Source: an uncultured Verrucomicrobiae bacterium (GTDB lineage: Bacteria; Verrucomicrobiota; Verrucomicrobiia; Chthoniobacterales; Terrimicrobiaceae). From it: 64,000 nt of DNA. The position numbers and the translations under genes are program-made. The number at the start of each line of letters is the position of its first letter. Positions within the stretch are counted from its first letter, which is position 1. Location: positions 960,001 through 1,024,000 of the forward strand of contig CAVPOC010000008.1 in assembly GCA_963706955.1 (NCBI GenBank), given 5' to 3'. Below, one piece after another: positions 39,797 to 48,323 of this stretch. Under the pieces are notes generated by a model, which made no database searches, was not told the origin of the DNA, and saw only the letters and a list, made by a program, of their open reading frames with translations.

Positions 39797-40336
39797 CTAT
39801 CCTTTTGCTGTTCGAAGAGGGTGTTCCGGCGCGTCGAGAATCTCTATTTGCAGAATCTTATCGCCTTGCGTGATCGCGTTGACGACGTCTTGACCTTTGG
39901 TGACTTCGCCAAAGACCGTATGTTTGCCGTCCAGCCACGGAGTCGGCACATGGGTTATGAAAAACTGGCTCCCGTTGGTTACTGGCCTGCCGGTATTTGC
40001 CATTGAGAAAATTCCCGGCTTGTCATGTTTGAGGTCTGGCCGGCACTCATCCTCGAACGTGTACCCCGGCCCGCCGCGACCGGTTCCCGTTGGATCGCCG
40101 CCCTGAATCATAAAATTCGGTATTACCCGGTGAAAGGTGACTTCATTGTAGTAGCCCTGCTTTGCCAGGTTGAGGAAATTTGCGACGGTGACGGGGGCTT
40201 TCGAAGGAAACAGCGTTCCTTCGACGTCTCCTTTGCTCGTCTTTACGATGATACGAATGTCAGACATGTCTGCCGCGTTGGTCGCGGTTAGCAGGCAGAT
40301 TGTCACGGCAAAAAGGGCGAAAAGCGGCTTTTTCAT
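39797..40336 (-). CDS. exported cyclophilin-type peptidyl-prolyl isomerase (probable +1 frameshift near 3' end)
   Basis: Signal peptide; [28 protein letters not shown] and [10 protein letters not shown] motifs. Confidence 0.92.
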   Translation of the reverse strand: MKKPLFALFAVTICLLTATNAADMSDIRIIVKTSKGDVEGTLFPSKAPVTVANFLNLAKQGYYNEVTFHRVIPNFMIQGGDPTGTGRGGPGYTFEDECRPDLKHDKPGIFSMANTGRPVTNGSQFFITHVPTPWLDGKHTVFGEVTKGQDVVNAITQGDKILQIEILDAPEHPLRTAKG

Positions 40337-40363
40337 CGCGAGAAGTGTGGCAAGCTGCCAACC

Positions 40364-41248
40364 ATGTCGCAACACAAGCTGAAGATTGGCGCGGTGCAAA
40401 GTCGATGCTCCGCTGACCTCGACGCCAATCTGGCCGGCGCGGAGCGTGGGATCCGTCAGGCTGCGGCAGCAGGCGCTCAAATAATCTGTCTGCAAGAGCT
40501 CTTTCGCTCGCTCTACTTCTGCCAGGTCGAAGATCATAAATACTTTGAACTGGCCGAGCCGGTGCCTGGTCCGACCACCGAGAAGATGCAGGCACTCGCG
40601 AAGGAGCTGGGCGTTGTCATCGTGGTCTCACTCTTCGAACGACGCGCTCCGGGAATTTACCACAACACTGCCGCCATCATCGATGCAGACGGGACCTACC
40701 TCGGAAAATACCGCAAGATGCACATTCCCGATGACCCGCTCTACTACGAGAAGTTCTACTTCACGCCGGGCGATCTCGGGTTTTCCGCTTGGGATACCAA
40801 ATTCGCCCGCATCGGAGTCTGCGTGTGCTGGGACCAATGGTACCCCGAAGCGGCACGGCTCACCGCGCTGCGCGGCGCGCAGATTCTTTTCTATCCCACC
40901 GCCATCGGCTGGCATCCGGAGGAAAAGGAGGAGTATGGCCGGCGTCAACATTCCTCGTGGGAGACTGTGCAGCGCGGGCATGCGGTCGCCAATGGCTGCT
41001 ATGTGGTCGTTCCTAACCGCGTCGGACACGAGGCACCCGAGGGGGGTCCGGGGATCGAATTTTGGGGCCAAAGTTTTATCTGCGATCCCTCGGGAGAGAT
41101 CATCAAGAAAGGCCTGCCCGACGAAGAAGACGTTATCGTCGCGGAAGCCGATCTCGCGAGTGTCGAAACCCAGCGCACCCACTGGCCGTTTTTGCGCGAT
41201 CGGCGAATTGATGCCTACGCGGATATCACGCGGCGCTTTATCGATTAG
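40364..41248 (+). CDS. aguB: carbon-nitrogen hydrolase, N-carbamoylputrescine amidase-like
   Basis: [34 protein letters not shown] and YPTAIGW motifs. Confidence 0.88.
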   Translation: MSQHKLKIGAVQSRCSADLDANLAGAERGIRQAAAAGAQIICLQELFRSLYFCQVEDHKYFELAEPVPGPTTEKMQALAKELGVVIVVSLFERRAPGIYHNTAAIIDADGTYLGKYRKMHIPDDPLYYEKFYFTPGDLGFSAWDTKFARIGVCVCWDQWYPEAARLTALRGAQILFYPTAIGWHPEEKEEYGRRQHSSWETVQRGHAVANGCYVVVPNRVGHEAPEGGPGIEFWGQSFICDPSGEIIKKGLPDEEDVIVAEADLASVETQRTHWPFLRDRRIDAYADITRRFID

Positions 41249-41266
41249 GAGGGCCATTTTGTTCGT

Positions 41267-42064
41267 ATGCCCGTCCGCCTGCTTCGACACGACCGCGCGC
41301 ATGACTACAGGTTCTTGATGCGTCGGTGGCGTGAGGTGGCCGCGCTGGCAGACCTTCGGATTAAGAAATACTCGGAAGCGGGCGGCTGTAAGTTGTATTG
41401 TATCGTCTCGCGCTTGAAGAGGGCTGAGGCGCCCTCGATTTATCTTTCTGCCGGCATTCATGGCGACGAAGCCGCCGCGACCGAAGGGTTGGTCGAGTGG
41501 GCTCAGGCGAACACCGACGCACTGCGGCTTCTCAATGTGCTTATCTTTCCCTGTTTGAATCCCTGGGGGCTGGTAAACAATTCCAGGCGGGATCCCGATG
41601 GACGCGACCTCAATCGCAGTTTCCACACCTCGGCCGTCCCCCAGATCGCGGCGCAGATTCAGTGGCTTACGGGGTGCGCGTTCGATCTGGCCCTCAACCT
41701 GCACGAGGACTACGATGCCATCGGGCTTTACATTTATGAACTGCAGCGCGTGAAACCCTTTTGGGCCGAGCTCCTTCTCGAGGCGGGAGCCCAGTACATA
41801 CCGCCGGATCCGAGAAAAAAGATCGAGGGCCGCGCAGCGCGGGCCGGAGTCGTCCGCCGGATAATTACACCTGACCTCATGCCGGAGTGGCCGGAGGCCT
41901 TCGTTCTCTATTTTCAGAATGCCGTGCGCATCTTCACCGTCGAGACGCCTTCTGAATTTCATCTCGACGATCGTGTGAATGCTCAAATCGCGATGATCTC
42001 GAAGGCGGTTGAACTTTGCCGAGAAGAGTTTTCTTTGCGGGCAAAGCCCACGGCGGCATCATAA
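41267..42064 (+). CDS. M14 family metallo-carboxypeptidase (AstE/AspA-like)
   Basis: SAGIHGDE, NPWG....R, DLNR, LHED and TVETP motifs. Confidence 0.88.
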   Translation: MPVRLLRHDRAHDYRFLMRRWREVAALADLRIKKYSEAGGCKLYCIVSRLKRAEAPSIYLSAGIHGDEAAATEGLVEWAQANTDALRLLNVLIFPCLNPWGLVNNSRRDPDGRDLNRSFHTSAVPQIAAQIQWLTGCAFDLALNLHEDYDAIGLYIYELQRVKPFWAELLLEAGAQYIPPDPRKKIEGRAARAGVVRRIITPDLMPEWPEAFVLYFQNAVRIFTVETPSEFHLDDRVNAQIAMISKAVELCREEFSLRAKPTAAS

Positions 42065-42068
42065 GCAC

Positions 42069-42659
42069 ATGTCCCGCGAAGCTGTTATCGAACGAACCAC
42101 CAGCGAAACGTCCATTCGCACCCGCTTGAATCTCGACGGAACGGGAGTGTCCAACGTCCGCAGCGGCATCCCGTTTTTTGATCACATGCTCACGCTCTTC
42201 GCGCGCCATGGACTCTTCGACCTCGACCTCGACGCCAAGGGTGATATCGAAGTCGATTTTCACCACACCGTGGAGGATGCGGGCATCACCCTCGGCCAGG
42301 CCATCGCCAGGGCCTTGGGTGAGAAGAAGGGCATTCGACGCTATGGCTTTGCCTACGTTCCGATGGACGAAGCCCTCGTCCGCGCGGTGATCGACTTGAG
42401 CGGACGGCCATACTTGGTCTACGAGCCGCCCTCGCCAGTCGAAGCGATCGGCGGCAACTTCTCATTCCAACTGGTCGAGGAATTTCTGCGGGCCATGGCG
42501 GTCAGCGGAGCCATGAATCTTCACGTCGAAATTCTGACCGGACGCGACCCGCATCACATGGCCGAAGGCATTTTCAAAGCCCTCACCCGGGCCCTTGACG
42601 TCGCCACTCAAATCGACCCACGCGTCGAGGGCGTGCCCAGCACCAAAGGTGTCCTCTAG
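42069..42659 (+). CDS. hisB: imidazoleglycerol-phosphate dehydratase
   Basis: FFDHML, DFHHTVED, PMDE, HHMAE..FKA and PSTKG motifs. Confidence 0.97.
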   Translation: MSREAVIERTTSETSIRTRLNLDGTGVSNVRSGIPFFDHMLTLFARHGLFDLDLDAKGDIEVDFHHTVEDAGITLGQAIARALGEKKGIRRYGFAYVPMDEALVRAVIDLSGRPYLVYEPPSPVEAIGGNFSFQLVEEFLRAMAVSGAMNLHVEILTGRDPHHMAEGIFKALTRALDVATQIDPRVEGVPSTKGVL

Positions 42660-42733
42660 CATCTCGGCGCCTCAGACGAGACGACAAGTTTGTCGCTTGA
42701 GTCTCCCCGAGAGCATCGGATCTTTATCGTTTC

Positions 42734-43357
42734 ATGGAGAAAGGATCGAAGTCTATTGGAGTGGTTGACTACGGCAGGGGGAATCTTCGCAGCGTTTGCA
42801 AGGCTCTCGAGGCGGTCGGCGCTTCGGTTTCGCTCGTCACCGAAGCCGCCCAACTCGATCGCTTCGATGCCATCGTCGTCCCCGGAGTCGGAGCGTTTGG
42901 CGACTGCGCAGAGAATCTACGCGCCTCCGGGCTTTGGGAGCCCTTGCGCGAATGGTTACAGGCCGAGCGGCCGTATCTCGGGATTTGCCTCGGTTACCAA
43001 CTGCTCTTCGAATCGAGTGAGGAATCACCAGGGAGCAAAGGCCTGGGATTTCTTCCGGGACGCGTTGTCCGCTTCCGAGGAGACAATCTGAAGATCCCCC
43101 ACATCGGATGGAATAGGCTGCGCGAAACGCGCAGTCCCATCTATAAGTCCCTCGCCATGGACCCATACTTCTATTTTGTGCATTCGTATTTTCCCGTCCC
43201 CATCGACGACGACATCGTCAGCGCGCGCTGCGAATACGGAGGATTATTCGCCGCGAGCATCAGCAAAGGCAGCCTGCATGCCACGCAATTTCATCCGGAA
43301 AAAAGTCAATCCGGCGGGCTCACTTTGTTAAAAAATTTTCTCGAGACGCTCGCATAG
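42734..43357 (+). CDS. hisH: imidazole glycerol phosphate synthase glutaminase subunit
   Basis: DYGRGNL.SV, PGVGAF, GICLG, YFVHSY and QFHPEKS motifs. Confidence 0.97.
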   Translation: MEKGSKSIGVVDYGRGNLRSVCKALEAVGASVSLVTEAAQLDRFDAIVVPGVGAFGDCAENLRASGLWEPLREWLQAERPYLGICLGYQLLFESSEESPGSKGLGFLPGRVVRFRGDNLKIPHIGWNRLRETRSPIYKSLAMDPYFYFVHSYFPVPIDDDIVSARCEYGGLFAASISKGSLHATQFHPEKSQSGGLTLLKNFLETLA

Positions 43358-43386
43358 GGGTCACTTTCGCTGAGGCTCGCCGCGAT

Positions 43387-44100
43387 ATGTTACTGCTTCC
43401 TGCGATCGACCTGATGGATCGACAAGTGGTCCGCCTGAGGCGAGGAGTGGCGGCGGAAAAGGTAGTTTATTCGAACGACCCAGTTTCTATCGCCAAGAAA
43501 TGGGAGGATGCTGGCGCAGACTGGCTCCACCTCGTTGATCTCGATGCGGCCTTCAGTGGGGAACCCAAAAACCTTCCCTGTATTGAGAGCATTTGCGCAG
43601 CCGTCGACGTCCCGTGCCAACTGGGCGGGGGTATGCGCAGCCGGCAAAATATTGCGGCCGCTTTCGACACCGGGGTTCGAATGGTAATTCTAGGCACAAA
43701 GGCTTACGAATCAACGGGTTTTCTCAGGGAAGTGTGTCAAGAATTCGGAGGAGAGCGCATCGCTGTCGGCATCGATGCCAAGGACGGATTGGTGGCCGTA
43801 AAAGGTTGGACCGAAACGACCCCGAAGCGCGCGGTTGATCTTGCGCTCAGCGCTCAGCAAGCCGGCGCCAAAACCGTGATCTACACCGATATTGCGACCG
43901 ATGGTATGCTCGAAGGACCGAACTACTCTGCTTTGACAGAGCTCCTGAATCTTCTCGAATGCAACCTCATCGCCAGCGGCGGAGTGTCCAGTGCGAACGA
44001 CATTCTTAGACTTGCCGCCCTGCCCGGCCTGTATGGGGCAATCATTGGAAAAGCCCTCTACGAAGGAAAAATTGTGCCACCCCTTCCGCGCTTGAAATAA
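43387..44100 (+). CDS. hisA: ProFAR isomerase
   Basis: PAIDL...VVRL, LHLVDLD, QLGGG.R, TDI..DG.L.GPN and IASGGV motifs. Confidence 0.96.
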   Translation: MLLLPAIDLMDRQVVRLRRGVAAEKVVYSNDPVSIAKKWEDAGADWLHLVDLDAAFSGEPKNLPCIESICAAVDVPCQLGGGMRSRQNIAAAFDTGVRMVILGTKAYESTGFLREVCQEFGGERIAVGIDAKDGLVAVKGWTETTPKRAVDLALSAQQAGAKTVIYTDIATDGMLEGPNYSALTELLNLLECNLIASGGVSSANDILRLAALPGLYGAIIGKALYEGKIVPPLPRLK

Positions 44101-44158
44101 TCCGCTTGACAAATTTGCCGCCCTTCTGGCATTAGCGTGGGCTCAAATTCAATCTCCG

Positions 44159-44695
44159 ATGAAAAAACTGCTCCTAACCACATCAATAGTTGCACTGTCG
44201 TTTCTCGATGCCTTTGCCGGCGATGGCAAATCCTTCAAGGAAGTAAAGACAGTCGTCGTTCCTGAACCAACCTGCAGATTCCGTGACATGGAATGGCAGA
44301 TCGATGCCTTCTACAGCCATTTCTGGGGCGACGCCGCCGTAAAAGGCGGCCCCGGTGGCGGCTTCGGCGTGAACTTCTTCTTCTTGCGCTACGTCGGTAT
44401 CGGATACGAGGCATCCTGGTTTGATAACGACGGAGTCGCATTTCATCTGCCCGTTGGCGGAAACTTGTTCCTCCGCTATCCCATCTGCTCTCTGAACCTC
44501 GCGCCCTATATACTCGTGGGCGGTGGCGCTGCGTGGGATGGCGATGTCTACGGTTACGGAAATGTCGGAGGCGGTCTTGAGTATCGCTTCACCGATCATA
44601 TTGGTATCTTTGTCGACGGACGCTACGTTTACGGCACCAAGGATGGTTTTGGCAATTCTGCCAACCTTCGTGCAGGGATGCGGTTTGCGTTCTAA
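44159..44695 (+). CDS. small outer-membrane beta-barrel protein
   Basis: Signal peptide, DGKSFKEVK linker, amphipathic strands, GGGLEYRFT and C-terminal Phe. Confidence 0.8.
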   Translation: MKKLLLTTSIVALSFLDAFAGDGKSFKEVKTVVVPEPTCRFRDMEWQIDAFYSHFWGDAAVKGGPGGGFGVNFFFLRYVGIGYEASWFDNDGVAFHLPVGGNLFLRYPICSLNLAPYILVGGGAAWDGDVYGYGNVGGGLEYRFTDHIGIFVDGRYVYGTKDGFGNSANLRAGMRFAF

Positions 44696-44731
44696 GCCCG
44701 CTATAAGCTAAGCTGAACAAAGGACTCTTAC

Positions 44732-44770
44732 CAAAACACCGAAGGAGAAATCCTTCGGTGTTTTGCTTTT
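44732..44770 (+). terminator. rho-independent terminator
   Basis: CAAAACACCGAAGGA-GAAA-TCCTTCGGTGTTTTG-CTTTT. Confidence 0.85.
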
Positions 44771-44887
44771 GGGGCCAACGGCTTTATTTCTTAGAATGAG
44801 AAACCTTAGCTAATTGCAAGCAAAACCTGGGACTGCGCCGACGCGATCCGTTCTTGATTGTCGTCGACCCGGTGAGACAATCCGCGA

Positions 44888-45505
44888 ATGGCCCCTCCCG
44901 CAATTAACACTCTCTTCCTGGATATCGGTGGTGTTCTTCTGACCAACGGCTGGGACACCGACCTGCGCAAACAGACTGCTCAACACTTTGGCCTCGATTA
45001 CGAAGAGATTTATCATCGCCATCACGTCACCTACGACATCTACGAGGAAGGGAAGATGACTCTTGATGAATACCTTTGGCAGATCGTTTTCTATGAACCA
45101 AGGCCGTTCACTCCGGAAGATTTCACGAGCTACCTGCTCGAACAAGCCAAGCCGTATCAGGATACGATCGACTTGGTCAGGCGGCTCAAGGCCGTCTACG
45201 GGTTGCGCGTGGCTGTGGTCAGCAACGAAGGCCGTGAAATCGCCGAAGATCGGATTCGCCGCTTTAATCTCAAGGAATTCGTCGATTTCTTCATCGTCTC
45301 TGCCTTCGTCCATATCCGCAAACCGGACCTCGACATCTATCGTCTGGCCATGGATGTCGCCCACGTGAAGGCCGATCAAGTGGCCTATGTCGAAGATCGC
45401 CCTCTCTTGTGCGACGTGGCAGCACGACTCGGCCTCCACCCCGTTCTCAATAGAAACGCCCAGGAAACACGCGAAAAACTCGCCGCGCTCGGCTTGGTCC
45501 TCTAA
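44888..45505 (+). CDS. HAD family hydrolase
   Basis: FLDIGGVL, VSN, RKPD..IY and YVEDR motifs. Confidence 0.9.
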   Translation: MAPPAINTLFLDIGGVLLTNGWDTDLRKQTAQHFGLDYEEIYHRHHVTYDIYEEGKMTLDEYLWQIVFYEPRPFTPEDFTSYLLEQAKPYQDTIDLVRRLKAVYGLRVAVVSNEGREIAEDRIRRFNLKEFVDFFIVSAFVHIRKPDLDIYRLAMDVAHVKADQVAYVEDRPLLCDVAARLGLHPVLNRNAQETREKLAALGLVL

Positions 45506-45618
45506 GACCTGACCCAATCTTGCGCGCGCCCACGCGATCGCGCCCCAGACATTTTCCACCATCCCCGCTTGTCAACTGGGAGTCGTTGCGCAATCCTTTT
45601 CCCCTCGCCCGTGAAAAA

Positions 45619-45691
45619 GGCTGGGTAGCTCAGTTGGCAGAGCAGAGGACTGAAAATCCTCGTGTCGGGGGTTCGATTCCCTCCCCAGCCA
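45619..45691 (+). tRNA. tRNA-Phe(GAA)
   Basis: GGCTGGG/CCCAGCC acceptor stem, anticodon loop CTGAAAA, T loop TTCGATT; CCA not encoded. Confidence 0.97.
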
Positions 45692-45762
45692 CCTCCCAGA
45701 AATCTCTGTGGAGTGTCTTAAACTAAGGATGTGCGGATGGAGCACCGAAGATCTCGGATTCA

Positions 45763-47027
45763 GGGTCTCCACCAAATTTTGGGGATGGGGTAGGTATTGG
45801 TATAGTTAGCCGCATTGAGCGATAACGCGAAGGCGGTAGTTGGAGAAGTTTTTAAAGCCGTAGGCGCGGCGTTGGATGAGTTTGAATTTGCGATGGAAGC
45901 CCTCGGTGATGCCATTGTTTTTGGTGAAGCGCCACATGGCCGCGAGAGGTTCTCTCCAGGCCGACAAGGTTTGAGCGAGGGTAAGGAGCGAGGGGAAGGC
46001 ACTGGCTTTGAGCTCATCGATAAAATCGAGGAGTTTCTTAGTGAGAGGACGGCAGGCGCGTTTTGTTTGATGTTTGAGGTTGAGGAGAGCGCGAAGTCGA
46101 TGCATGGCGTCATAGAGGGGCGCGAGAGCAGGATATTTAGCAAAGAGCGCCCTGAGGCGCTGGCGGTCAATGGGCGAGAGGTTGTCCTGTCGTTTACGCA
46201 GGGCAGCCAGGGAGCCGCGATGGTTCTTGATAGGAGGGGCGATCTGACGGGCCAGCTCCAGGAAGTGTTGGATGACAATGCGGATGACATGGAAGCGATC
46301 GGCAACGATCTTGGCTCTGGGGAAATAGGAAGCAATCAGGCTGCGGTAGGGACTTGAGAGATCGATGCAAACCACGCGAACCTTGTCTCTGCCTTGGAGA
46401 GCGGCCAGAAAGGAGCGCAGATCCCTTGGACTGCGGCCGGCAACAATATCGAAGACCCGGTGGTTCTTAAGATCACAGAAGGTGGTGGCAAAACGTTGCC
46501 CCTTGTGAAGGGTGTGCTCGTCGATACCGAGAACCCGAGGGCATTGAAGACTCAAGCGTTCCCTGGCCTTGCGAGAAGTAAATTCCCCGTAGATGCGCTC
46601 CACGGTGGCGCTCCCCAGCTTCATAAGACGCGCCAAAGCCGAGGCGCAAATGCCTTCATGGTGCTGGATGTAGACCTTCTGCCGCCAGGGTTCGGTGCTG
46701 CGCTTCCAGGGCCGCAATCCGGGCGTCTCGGGAAGGAAACTGCGACCACAAGCCCGACACTCAAAGCGCCGGGTCTCGATCTGAAGAAGGCTCGGCAAGC
46801 CAAAGGAATTTAGATGCCGAGCGCGCCGTCGGTAACGTCCCTTGGCGACAATGCGCGGGCTGGCACAGCACCGACAGCAATCCGGTTCCCTTTCCAGTTC
46901 CAAGTGCACAAGCACTTGCCGATTGCTTTCGCTCCGCAAGACGCGGTAGCCTCTTAGTCCGATATCACACACAGGGGGCATGGTGGTCTTTCATTGACCC
47001 CATGTCCCCAATTTTTGATGGAGAGCC
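45763..47027 (-). mobile_element. ISL3 family insertion sequence, complete
   Basis: Imperfect IRs GGGTCTCCACCAAATTTTGGGGA / GGCTCTCCATCAAAAATTGGGGA; 8-bp TSD CGGATTCA at 45755-45762 and 47028-47035. Confidence 0.93.
45806..46981 (-). CDS. ISL3 family transposase
   Basis: N-terminal CxxC..CxxC; LGIDE, CIDL, ADRFHV and NGITEGFH.KFKLIQRRAYGF.NF.NYRLR motifs. Confidence 0.95.
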   Translation of the reverse strand: MPPVCDIGLRGYRVLRSESNRQVLVHLELEREPDCCRCCASPRIVAKGRYRRRARHLNSFGLPSLLQIETRRFECRACGRSFLPETPGLRPWKRSTEPWRQKVYIQHHEGICASALARLMKLGSATVERIYGEFTSRKARERLSLQCPRVLGIDEHTLHKGQRFATTFCDLKNHRVFDIVAGRSPRDLRSFLAALQGRDKVRVVCIDLSSPYRSLIASYFPRAKIVADRFHVIRIVIQHFLELARQIAPPIKNHRGSLAALRKRQDNLSPIDRQRLRALFAKYPALAPLYDAMHRLRALLNLKHQTKRACRPLTKKLLDFIDELKASAFPSLLTLAQTLSAWREPLAAMWRFTKNNGITEGFHRKFKLIQRRAYGFKNFSNYRLRVIAQCG

Positions 47028-47154
47028 CGGATTCATCACGAAACACAAAGAAGCGACTGGAAACAGTCTAAATTTATCCGCCAATTGTCCCCCGAAAAGT
47101 TGCGCGCGGTCAAATTTGCTAGAGGAGGTAGGCTGCACCTACACTTCACCAAAG

Positions 47155-47901
47155 ATGGACTCGAACTTCATCAGATCCTTTAGCGATTTTCGCAAAATCG
47201 TGACAGGGACAGCGCCCGGAAACAGCGAGTTCTTTCGGGGCGAGCCAAGAGATTATTTTACGCTCATACCAAAGATTGGGCGACTGACCAAAAAGAGGGA
47301 GCCAAAGTCCAAGTTTCTAACAAAGTACCCCGCACATATCGTAGGGGAGAAGAAGATCTTCGAGCGGTTCAAGCGAAACGCGCTTCCCCACCTTGCGCTC
47401 TTGCCAAGAAACGACTGGCAATGGCTAGCTCTAGCTCAGCACCATGGTCTTCCTACCAGGCTACTTGACTGGACCTCAAATCCCCTTATTGCCCTCTACT
47501 TCGCAGTAGGAACAACTTTCACCAGTAACGATTTGGTCAGCGACAAAGCCATGGAACCCCTACGAAACGGCGGGTCCGTGATTTATCGCCTCAAAACACG
47601 ACATGACCTGCTCGACACCACGGCTCAAGAGCCTTTCGATGTAGATGGCGCCGAGCTTTTCGCGGCCCCTGTCGTGACGCAACGAATTCGAGCGCAAAGT
47701 GGATTCTTTACGATCCAAGGCAACCCGCATCGGCCGCTAACGGAACAGTGGAGCAGGCACCGTCTTCACCGCTACTTGATTCCTTTCGAATCCAGAGAGA
47801 CACTTCGTCACGAACTTCTGGCCTACGGCATCAATCACGCTTTCGTGTTTCCCGATTTAGATGGCCTGAGTAGACACCTCCAAGAAGAGCTTAACGACTA
47901 A
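47155..47901 (+). CDS. FRG domain protein
   Basis: FFRGE, LAQHHGLPTRLLDWTSNPLIALYFA, RIRAQSGFF and GI....FPDLDG motifs. Confidence 0.92.
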   Translation: MDSNFIRSFSDFRKIVTGTAPGNSEFFRGEPRDYFTLIPKIGRLTKKREPKSKFLTKYPAHIVGEKKIFERFKRNALPHLALLPRNDWQWLALAQHHGLPTRLLDWTSNPLIALYFAVGTTFTSNDLVSDKAMEPLRNGGSVIYRLKTRHDLLDTTAQEPFDVDGAELFAAPVVTQRIRAQSGFFTIQGNPHRPLTEQWSRHRLHRYLIPFESRETLRHELLAYGINHAFVFPDLDGLSRHLQEELND

Positions 47902-48323
47902 AGATATCTTGTCGCTTGTAACCCGGAGTCAACACCACGTTCTCACAGTACTTGCGCTCACTCCTGCTGACGCTCGATTTTCAGAACTCGCTCTACGGTT
48001 AGAATGGTTCGCAGGCACCCGACAAGCAATTGACCTCTCCGGAAATGATGGCCGCAGCAATTCGACCGATTGAAGCTCATCGGGCAAGGAGATCAGCGTC
48101 CCCTGAATCGACGCCTTTATCTCCCGAGGCACCGACGAGGGCTCCTACCTCGGATCTAATACAGGATAGCGATCTCCGTAGAGAAAATCGCCTTGCCAAA
48201 AACACGTGTTCTTTTGGCACTGCCTCCGTGCGTCAGGCGCACGTCCGCAGATTTCGCAGATTGCGATCGTTTTCAGTCGGTTCACGCAACATTTAGGGTT
48301 ATTACCGGGCGCCGTGAGAAGGA

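Noticed and set aside
40628..41986. 452-aa minus-strand ORF
   Set aside because: Antisense shadow of aguB and the M14 peptidase, with no motifs
44106..44140. sigma70 promoter for the OMP gene
   Set aside because: TTGACA is present but there is no convincing -10 hexamer at 16-18 bp spacing
45520..45775. short ORFs on both strands
   Set aside because: They overlap tRNA-Phe and are translation artefacts
47002..47154. N-terminal extension of the FRG ORF
   Set aside because: Begins inside the ISL3 inverted repeat; ATG 47155 fits the domain start
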